This document shows, one piece after another, positions 56,989-64,000 of a DNA stretch of 64,000 nucleotides (position 1 is the first letter of the stretch; every line of letters starts with the position of its first letter). The position numbers were made by a program, and so were the translations under genes. The DNA is taken from assembly GCA_965262725.1 (NCBI GenBank), contig OZ253555.1, positions 3,168,001-3,232,000 of the forward strand. The letters run 5' to 3'. The notes under the pieces were generated by a model, which saw nothing but the letters and a program-made list of their open reading frames with translations, was not told the DNA's origin and did no database searches. The DNA comes from Dehalococcoidia bacterium. Its GTDB lineage: Bacteria; Chloroflexota; Dehalococcoidia; UBA2979.

Positions 56989-57821
56989 CCCTCGATCAGG
57001 GTGGAGATCTGCTCGCTGAACTCCTTCGCCGGGATGTGGGCCCGGCCGCCCGCCGTCTCAAGGGTCACGGCGGTCGGACCGATCTCCGCGATCCGCCCCT
57101 CGTGATCCCCGACGCCCACGCGCTGCCCCACCTCGTAGGTGCGGGCGAGGTAATGCGTGGCGATGATGTTGCTGACCGCCGTCCGCGCCCCGAGCCCGAA
57201 GGCGAGCGCGGCGCCCCCGAGGCTCGCCGCGAGGGCGATCGAGACCGCGATCACGAGGAACGAGACCTCAATGCCGAGCTGGTCGACCGCGACGACCGCC
57301 GAGACGCCGATCACTCCCAGCTGCACCATGCGCCCGAACGGCGCGGCGTATTCGAGCCCGGCCGTCGACGCCCCCTGCGCGACGGCGATCCCGAACACGC
57401 TTCCGGCGAGCAGGCCGAGGACCATGACGAGAGCGGCGGCGAAGACCTGCGGGAGGTAGCCTGCGAGCCCAAGTACCCACGTGGAGACCACCGGGAGCTC
57501 AAGGGTCTCGGTCGCAGCCGCGACGAAGACGAGGAAGACCAGCACGAAGAGGGAGCGGCCGAAGAGCAAGAGCGAAGTCTCGTCCAGATGGGCCCGCTCG
57601 AACTGGGATTGGAACTCCCCGCCCACGAACGACACCGCTCCGCCCGAGAGACGATCGCTCCAGACGCGGAGGAGGCGCACGCCGACCCAGCGGACGACCC
57701 AGCCGACCACGGCGCCTGCCACGACGAGCCCCCCGGCGCCCAAGACGCGCAGGAACCACCCGGAGCTGACCACGCGGCACAAACCGGTGGAGGGCCGTGA
57801 CGGTTGCCGGCCCGCGCGCAT
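56985..57821 (-). CDS. Small-conductance mechanosensitive channel family protein (TM-helix repeat plus MscS beta domain)
   Basis: YLPQV.AA, A.DQLGI, ALAFGLGAR..VSNIIA..Y....YEVGQ.V; start uncertain. Confidence 0.8.
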   Translation of the reverse strand: MRAGRQPSRPSTGLCRVVSSGWFLRVLGAGGLVVAGAVVGWVVRWVGVRLLRVWSDRLSGGAVSFVGGEFQSQFERAHLDETSLLLFGRSLFVLVFLVFVAAATETLELPVVSTWVLGLAGYLPQVFAAALVMVLGLLAGSVFGIAVAQGASTAGLEYAAPFGRMVQLGVIGVSAVVAVDQLGIEVSFLVIAVSIALAASLGGAALAFGLGARTAVSNIIATHYLARTYEVGQRVGVGDHEGRIAEIGPTAVTLETAGGRAHIPAKEFSEQISTLIEG

Positions 57822-57943
57822 CGGGAGAGCCGGGGTGTCGCCGGGGGGAGCCGCCGGGCCATACTCGTCACCGTCGGGCCGCGAACCGGGGACGCAGTGC
57901 ACCTCGGCGCCCCCGGGGATCCGGGGCACGGACGGAGAAGGCT

Positions 57944-58642
57944 GTGGGCGCGCTCATCGACCTGAGCCACCCGATCGAGGGGGGGATGGAGACCTACCCC
58001 GGCCTGCCCCCTCCCGAGGTAAGCGAACACGTCACCCGCGCCGCCTCGCGGGCACACTACGCACCGGGCACCGAGTTCTCGGTGGGCCGTATCGAGATGG
58101 TGGGGAATACCGGTACGTACGTCGATGCGCCCTTCCACCGCCTCGAGGCTGGCGCCGATCTCGCGGACCTGCCGCTCGCCTCGCTCGTCGACCTGCCGGG
58201 CATCGTCCTGCGACTGGCCTCGCGCGCCGGCCGGCTGATCGACGGCGCGGCGGTGGGCGCAGCGCTCTCCGGCCGCGACGCCGCCGGGCACGCGGTGCTG
58301 CTGCACACGGGCTGGTCGACGCTGTGGGGGAGCAACGCCTACCTCGACGCGACCCGCCACCCCTGCCTCTCGCGCGAGGCCGCCGCGCGGCTCGTCGAGG
58401 CGGGAGCCGCGCTCGTCGGCATCGACTCGCTCAACATCGACGACGCGGCCGACGCCGAGCGGCCCGCGCACACCATCCTGCTCGGCGCCGGAATCCCGAT
58501 CGTCGAACACCTCTGCGACCTCGACTTGCTCCCGGAGCAGGGCTTTCGCTTCAGCGCCGCCCCCGCACCGGTGCGCCGGATGGGAAGCTTCCCGGTGCGC
58601 GCCTACGCCCGTCTGTCGGCCGACGCCGCCCGCGACGGGTGA
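57944..58642 (+). CDS. Cyclase / kynurenine-formamidase family metal hydrolase
   Basis: IDLSHPI, NTGTYVDAPFH, TGW, VGIDS.NID, H..LL..GI.IVEHL, PVRA. Confidence 0.9.
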   Translation: MGALIDLSHPIEGGMETYPGLPPPEVSEHVTRAASRAHYAPGTEFSVGRIEMVGNTGTYVDAPFHRLEAGADLADLPLASLVDLPGIVLRLASRAGRLIDGAAVGAALSGRDAAGHAVLLHTGWSTLWGSNAYLDATRHPCLSREAAARLVEAGAALVGIDSLNIDDAADAERPAHTILLGAGIPIVEHLCDLDLLPEQGFRFSAAPAPVRRMGSFPVRAYARLSADAARDG

Positions 58643-58710
58643 GGAGCGAGCGCGCCGTCCACCCGATCCGCTTGCTGCGGCGGGCCGCCTGGGCACAGAC
58701 TGTCGCCACG

Positions 58711-59415
58711 ATGTCCGTGGTGCTTGTCGTCGAGGATGACCCGGCCACGCGCGAGGCGATCACCTACAACCTCGAGCGGGATGGCCATCGGATCCTGACC
58801 GCCGAGGACGGTATGGCAGGGCTCGCCGCGGCGCGGGAGCAGCGCCCCGACCTCCTGCTCATCGACATCATGCTGCCCCGGCTCTCGGGCCTCGATGTCT
58901 GCCGCATGCTCCGAGCCGAGCAGTCCGTCCCCATCCTCCTGCTCACGGCGCGCGCCGCCGAGGCCGACATCGTGACCGGCCTAGACCTGGGCGCGGACGA
59001 CTACATCACGAAGCCCTTCTCCATGCGCGAGCTGCGGGCGCGCGTCGCAGCGGCGCTGCGGCGCGCCCGCAGCTTGCGCACCGAGCGCGCGGAAGGCGCG
59101 GCGCCGGAGCGCGAGGGGACGCTCAGGGTGGGCGGCGTCGATCTCGACCTCGATCGGCGCACCGTGAGCTGCGAGGGTCGCGACGTCAGGCTCCGCCCGC
59201 GCGAGTTCGACCTCCTCGCCTACCTGATGCGGAACCGCGGGCGCGTCCTCTCGCGGGAGCAAATCCTGGGCGGGGTCTGGGGGGATGCGTACCGCGGCGG
59301 CACACGCACGGTCGACGTGCACATCCGCTGGTTGCGAGAGAAGCTGGAGGAGGACCCCGCTCGGCCCCGGCGCATCCGCACCGCTCGGGGCGTCGGCTAC
59401 GAATTCGCGACGTGA
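58711..59415 (+). CDS. phoB: OmpR/PhoB-family response regulator (Pho regulon)
   Basis: VEDD, DIMLP, GADDYITKPF, EFDLL, RTVDVHIRWLREKLE..P; upstream of the pst genes. Confidence 0.88.
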   Translation: MSVVLVVEDDPATREAITYNLERDGHRILTAEDGMAGLAAAREQRPDLLLIDIMLPRLSGLDVCRMLRAEQSVPILLLTARAAEADIVTGLDLGADDYITKPFSMRELRARVAAALRRARSLRTERAEGAAPEREGTLRVGGVDLDLDRRTVSCEGRDVRLRPREFDLLAYLMRNRGRVLSREQILGGVWGDAYRGGTRTVDVHIRWLREKLEEDPARPRRIRTARGVGYEFAT

Positions 59416-60650
59416 GCCGCCCGCGCACCGCGCTGTTCGCCGCGACGGCGGCGGCCGTCCTGCTGGCGATCGCCGGCGTGCCGGCGATTGCGCTGCTCGC
59501 GGCGCTCGCGACGGCCGCCCTCGTCGTGGACGGACTCGCGCAGCGGGAGCGGGAGCAGGAGCGCCCGGCTGTCCAGAACGCCGATCCGTCGCCCGGCGCG
59601 GTGCCGGCGGACGTCGCAACGCTCATGGAGGCGCTCCCGCACGCCGTGCTGCTGCTCGACTCCGAGCAGCGCGTGCTCGCCGCGAACCCAGCGGCCGAAG
59701 AGATCGCCGGCAGGATGCGAGAGGATCTGGTCGGGCTCTCCCTGATACGCGCGCTGCGCCATCACGCGTTGGCCGAGCTCGCCCGCGCGCCCGGGGAGGC
59801 CGCCTCGGAGGCCGAGTTCGAGGGCGGGCGCCGCGTGCGCGCGACCGCCGCGTTCGTCGAGGCGGGATCCGTCAGGTGCGTCCTCGTGCTCGAGGACGTG
59901 ACCGCGCTCCACCACGCGCGACGGGCGCGAACGGAGCTCGTCGGGAACGTCTCCCACGAGCTACGCACCCCGCTCACCGCCGCGCGCGCCCTCGCCGAGA
60001 CGCTCGAGCTCGACCTGGCCGAGCGAGAGGGCGGCGGGGGGCGCCGCGACGTTCGATTCGCGACGCAGCTGGTGAAGGAGATCGACCGCCTCGGCCGGAT
60101 CGTCGACCGCCTGCTGCAGCTGTCGCAGCTCGAAGCGGCGGAGGAGTCCTTCGAGGTGACGCCGCTCGCCACGGAACCCCTGCTTCAGGACGCCGCGGCG
60201 CGCATCGGCCCGCTCGCGGCCGCGCGCCGCGTGCGCGTGGAGGTCGTCGGCAACGCCCCGGCGCTCCGCGCCGACCGCGAGCGCCTGCTGGAGGTGCTCT
60301 CCAACCTGCTCGACAACGCCCTGCGGGCGAGCCCGTCGGACGGCGTGGTCACGCTCTGCGCCCTCGGCGACGGCGACGACGTGCGCATCGAGGTCACGGA
60401 CGAGGGGACCGGCATCCTCCCCTCGGAGCGCGAGCGCATATTCGAGCGCTTCTACACCGGCGACGCCGCGCGCACCGCGGGGGTCGCGGGGACCGGGCTC
60501 GGTCTCGCGATCGCACGCCACATCGTGCGGCGTCTCGGCGGCCGCATCTGGGTCGCCGACCGGGGACCCGGCGCCACGCTCTGCGTCTCGCTCCCCCGTG
60601 CCGAGGCAGGACCGCCGCGCGGCGCGGACACCTCGGGCGCCGCGCCTTAA
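59412..60650 (+). CDS. phoR: PhoR-like sensor histidine kinase (PAS, HisKA, HATPase)
   Basis: NVSHELRTPL, NLLDNA, DEGTGI, IFERFY, GTGLGLAI. Confidence 0.87.
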   Translation: MSRPRTALFAATAAAVLLAIAGVPAIALLAALATAALVVDGLAQREREQERPAVQNADPSPGAVPADVATLMEALPHAVLLLDSEQRVLAANPAAEEIAGRMREDLVGLSLIRALRHHALAELARAPGEAASEAEFEGGRRVRATAAFVEAGSVRCVLVLEDVTALHHARRARTELVGNVSHELRTPLTAARALAETLELDLAEREGGGGRRDVRFATQLVKEIDRLGRIVDRLLQLSQLEAAEESFEVTPLATEPLLQDAAARIGPLAAARRVRVEVVGNAPALRADRERLLEVLSNLLDNALRASPSDGVVTLCALGDGDDVRIEVTDEGTGILPSERERIFERFYTGDAARTAGVAGTGLGLAIARHIVRRLGGRIWVADRGPGATLCVSLPRAEAGPPRGADTSGAAP

Positions 60651-60673
60651 CGAGAGTTTAACGTTGCGCTGAC
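60646..60673 (+). promoter_or_regulatory. Putative Pho box upstream of pstC
   Basis: CTTAAC / TTTAAC / GCTGAC at exact 11-bp spacing (60646, 60657, 60668). Confidence 0.65.
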
Positions 60674-60764
60674 AGCCTCCGAGGGTCGGCGGCGGCCCCG
60701 CCGAATTCCCACGGCGTGCGCGGGGCCGCGATCCACCTCGAGGGCGGTCGGCGAGGAGGCACGG

Positions 60765-61688
60765 GTGGCGTCGAGCGCGACCCACGACCGATTCACGCGC
60801 AACCGCAGGCGACACGTCATCGAGCAGCTCATCGGCGTCGCGCTGTTCGCGTGCGCATCGGTCACCGTCGTCACGACGGTGGGGATCGTCGTGATCCTCC
60901 TCGCGGAGGGCGCGACGTTCTTCCGGGACGTGTCCGTCATCGAGTTCCTGACCAACGACCGCTGGACACCTCTCTTTGCGTCCAAGAACTTCGGCGTGCT
61001 GCCGCTCGTGTCGGGAACGCTCCTGATCGCAGTCGGGGCCTCGATCGTGGCACTGCCGGTCGGCACCGTCTCCGCCATCTTCCTCTCCGAGTACGCCTCG
61101 CCAAGCGTCCGCGGGGTGGTGAAGCCGGTGCTCGAGGTGCTGGCCGGAATCCCGACTGTGGTGTACGGCTACTTCGCGCTCACGTTCATCACGCCGATCC
61201 TGCGCGACTCGTTCTTTCCGGATCTCGGTCCGTTCAACGCGATCTCGGCGATCGCCGTGGTCGGTGTGATGATTATCCCGATGGTCTCTTCGCTCTCCGA
61301 CGACGCGATGCGCGCGGTCCCGGTCGCGCTGCGCGAGGGCGCCTACGGGGTCGGCGCAACCCGCTTCGAGGTGGTGACTCGCATCGTCCTCCCGGCCGCC
61401 CTCTCCGGCATCGTCGCCTCCTACCTGCTCGCGATCTCGCGCGCGATCGGGGAGACGATGGCGGTCACAATCGCCGCCGGCGCGACACCGAATCTCACGC
61501 TCAACCCGCTGGAGAGCGTGCAGACGATGACCGCCTACATCGTGCAGGTGTCGCTCGGCGACACCCCCCACGGCTCGCTGGAGTTCCGAACCATCTTCGC
61601 GGTGGCCGCGACGCTCTTCACGATGACGCTGGGGATGAACATCATCGCCGGGCGCGTGGTCCGCCGCTTCCAGGAGACCTACGAGTGA
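60765..61688 (+). CDS. pstC: Phosphate ABC transporter permease PstC
   Basis: [40 protein letters not shown]. Confidence 0.95.
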   Translation: MASSATHDRFTRNRRRHVIEQLIGVALFACASVTVVTTVGIVVILLAEGATFFRDVSVIEFLTNDRWTPLFASKNFGVLPLVSGTLLIAVGASIVALPVGTVSAIFLSEYASPSVRGVVKPVLEVLAGIPTVVYGYFALTFITPILRDSFFPDLGPFNAISAIAVVGVMIIPMVSSLSDDAMRAVPVALREGAYGVGATRFEVVTRIVLPAALSGIVASYLLAISRAIGETMAVTIAAGATPNLTLNPLESVQTMTAYIVQVSLGDTPHGSLEFRTIFAVAATLFTMTLGMNIIAGRVVRRFQETYE

Positions 61689-62608
61689 GCGCGGAGACGG
61701 GCGTCGCCCCGGGAGGCGCCGGGTCGGCCTTTCGCCCGCGGCTTGCCTACCGGCACGCCGTCGGCAACGCCTTCCGGTGGGTCACGGCCGGCGCGGCACT
61801 GGTCAGCATCCTGCTGCTCGCGCTGCTGCTGTTCGATGTCGCGAGGGACGGGCTGCGGCTGCTCTCGTGGGACTTCCTGACCAGCTTCCCGTCGCGCTTC
61901 CCGGAGCAGGCCGGCTTCAAGGCGGCGCTCTGGGGCAGCATCTTTGTCATCGGCTTCACGGCACTCTTCTCGTTCCCGATCGGCGTCGGCGCCGCCCTCT
62001 ACCTCGAGGAGTACTCCGGGCGCGGCCGGCTCACTCGGTTGATCCAGCTCAACATATCCAACCTCGCCGGCGTTCCGTCCATAGTCTTCGGCATCCTCGG
62101 CCTGCAGCTCTTCGTGCGCGGGACGCTCGGCATCGGCCCCGACTTCGGCGGGTTCGGCCGCTCGGTGATGGCCGGATCGCTCACGCTCACGCTGCTGATT
62201 CTCCCGATCGTGATCGTCGCGGCCCAGGAGTCCGTGCGCGCCGTGCCCAGCTCGATCCGCGAGGCCTCCTACGGGGTCGGCGCGACGCGCTGGCAGACCG
62301 TGTGGTACCACGTCCTGCCGCAGGCGCTCCCCGGCATCCTCACCGGCATGATCCTGGCGCTCTCCCGTGCGATCGGGGAGACGGCGCCCCTGATCATGAT
62401 CGGCGCTCTCACCTTCGTGGCCTTCGTGCCCGAGAGCCCGGGCGATCCCTTCACGGCGATGCCGATCCAGATCTACAACTGGGTCGGCCGGCCGCAGGCC
62501 GATTTCCGCGACCTCGCGGCGACGGGCATCATCGTGCTCCTAGGGGTGCTGCTCGCGATGAACGCTATCGCCGTGTACGTGCGCCACCGGACGCAGCGCA
62601 GTGTCTGA
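61685..62608 (+). CDS. pstA: Phosphate ABC transporter permease PstA
   Basis: [45 protein letters not shown]. Confidence 0.95.
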   Translation: MSAETGVAPGGAGSAFRPRLAYRHAVGNAFRWVTAGAALVSILLLALLLFDVARDGLRLLSWDFLTSFPSRFPEQAGFKAALWGSIFVIGFTALFSFPIGVGAALYLEEYSGRGRLTRLIQLNISNLAGVPSIVFGILGLQLFVRGTLGIGPDFGGFGRSVMAGSLTLTLLILPIVIVAAQESVRAVPSSIREASYGVGATRWQTVWYHVLPQALPGILTGMILALSRAIGETAPLIMIGALTFVAFVPESPGDPFTAMPIQIYNWVGRPQADFRDLAATGIIVLLGVLLAMNAIAVYVRHRTQRSV

Positions 62609-63566
62609 CGCGGAAGCGCACGGTCCGCCCGGGATAGGCGCCCGCACTCGCCACCCCGGAGAAGGTGAGGATGCTATGGTCGGAACGATCTCGGAGGTAG
62701 CGCAGTCGCTCCCGCAGAAGGCGCCCGTGATGCCGACCGGAACCAGCGTCCCCGTCCCCTCCACGGCGTCCTCGGCCGAGTCGCCCATCGATGTCGACGT
62801 CCCCGACCCGATCGTCGAGATTCGCGACTTCGATCTCTGGTACGGGAACTTCCAGGCGCTCGAGGGCGTCAGCCTCCGTATTCCGCGGAACCAGATTACC
62901 GCCCTCATCGGACCGTCGGGCTGCGGCAAGAGCACGCTCCTGCGCTCCATCAACCGCATGAACGACCTGATCCCCTTCGTGCGGGTCCAGGGCGAAATCG
63001 ATGTCGACGGGCGCAACATCTACGACGCGGCAGTCGATCCGGTCGAGGTTCGGCGCGTGATCGGGATGGTTTTCCAGAAACCGAATCCGTTCCCGAAGTC
63101 GATCTACCAGAACGTCGCCTTCGGCGCCCGGATCAACGGCTATCGCGGCAACATGGACGAGCTGGTGGAACGCACCCTCCGGCAGGCGGCGCTCTGGGAC
63201 GAGGTCGCGGGGAAGCTCGCCGACCCGGGCTTGGCGCTCTCCGGCGGGCAGCAGCAGCGGCTCTGCATCGCGCGAGCGATCGCCGTCTCACCGGACATCG
63301 TCCTCATGGACGAGCCGTGCTCGGCCCTCGATCCGATCGCCACCCAGCGTATCGAAGACCTGATGCGCAAACTCGCCGAGGACTTCACGATCGTCATCGT
63401 CACGCATAACATGCAGCAGGCGGCGCGCGTCTCCGATCGGACGGCCTTCATGCTCGCGGGCGACGACCGCACGGGTCGCCTGATCGAGTACGGCCCCACC
63501 GATCAGATCTTCAGCACGCCGCGGGACGAGAGGACCGAGGCCTACATCACGGGCCGGTTCGGATAG
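62601..63566 (+). CDS. pstB: Phosphate ABC transporter ATP-binding protein PstB
   Basis: [42 protein letters not shown]; alternative start 62676. Confidence 0.96.
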   Translation: MSDAEAHGPPGIGARTRHPGEGEDAMVGTISEVAQSLPQKAPVMPTGTSVPVPSTASSAESPIDVDVPDPIVEIRDFDLWYGNFQALEGVSLRIPRNQITALIGPSGCGKSTLLRSINRMNDLIPFVRVQGEIDVDGRNIYDAAVDPVEVRRVIGMVFQKPNPFPKSIYQNVAFGARINGYRGNMDELVERTLRQAALWDEVAGKLADPGLALSGGQQQRLCIARAIAVSPDIVLMDEPCSALDPIATQRIEDLMRKLAEDFTIVIVTHNMQQAARVSDRTAFMLAGDDRTGRLIEYGPTDQIFSTPRDERTEAYITGRFG

Positions 63567-63611
63567 CTCGGGCTGTTCCGGGCGCGAGAGCGGTTCTCGA
63601 CGGGGGATAGG

Positions 63612-64000
63612 ATGCCGCGAGAGGGATTCCACCGCGACCTCGAGCTGCTCCAGGACCAGATGCTCGAGCTCGGGTCGATGGTCGACCGTGCCATCGACCG
63701 CGCCCTCACTGCGCTCCTCGAGCGCAACATCCCGCTGGCTGAGGACGTCGTCCGCGACGACGGCGAGGTGAATCGCATGCGCTACGACATCGATACCGCA
63801 TGCGTCGGGTTGCTCGCGCAGCAGGCTCCCGTCGCCGGCGACCTGCGCGTAATCGTCTCCGTGCTCTCGATCGTCGGGGAGCTGGAGCGCATCGGCGACC
63901 ACGCCGAGGGCATTGCACGCATCGTGATCATGATGGCGGACGAACCCCTGGTGAAAGCGCTCGTCGACATCCCGAGGATGGCGGACCGCGCGCAGCAGAT
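63612..64000 (+). CDS. phoU: Phosphate signalling protein PhoU (3' truncated by window)
   Basis: MPREGFHRDLELL...LLAQQAPVAGDLR...ELERIGDHAEGIA. Confidence 0.93.
   Translation, partial: MPREGFHRDLELLQDQMLELGSMVDRAIDRALTALLERNIPLAEDVVRDDGEVNRMRYDIDTACVGLLAQQAPVAGDLRVIVSVLSIVGELERIGDHAEGIARIVIMMADEPLVKALVDIPRMADRAQQ

Overview
High-GC (about 70%, estimated by eye) bacterial chromosome segment. Gene content and order point to Chloroflexota, probably Dehalococcoidia-like: nusA without rimP, ylxR-infB-rbfA-truB, a DUF5679 mini-protein, LLM oxidoreductase, double-domain CoA transferase and a Tat-lipoprotein SBP. This placement is an inference. From left to right the window holds: the groEL 3' end; a catabolic/transport block (acyl-CoA dehydrogenase, crotonases, Liv-type ABC system, LLM, CaiB-type CoA transferase); a 6.2 kb decayed genomic island integrated in tRNA-Ser(TGA) at 19800-26093; the nusA operon with a leader attenuator; a LysR-flanked phosphatidylinositol(-mannoside)-like lipid operon (ino1, two acyltransferases, PHP phosphoesterase, PimA-like GT4, PIP-synthase-like CDP-alcohol transferase); prfB with its +1 frameshift; folD; acpS-nnr-fabD-fabF-fabF-recJ; CYTH-CHAD; an MscS/CBS/MgtE cassette; and phoB-phoR-pstCAB-phoU. 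The island carries an intact GH15 gene, several gene fragments, and attP-like junctions for two other tRNAs (Asp, Pro). The two best leads are (1) the inositol-lipid operon, whose PHP protein is a candidate for the elusive phosphatidylinositol-phosphate phosphatase, and (2) the multi-att island. All calls come from reading motifs by eye; no database searches were run, and start codons are best guesses.
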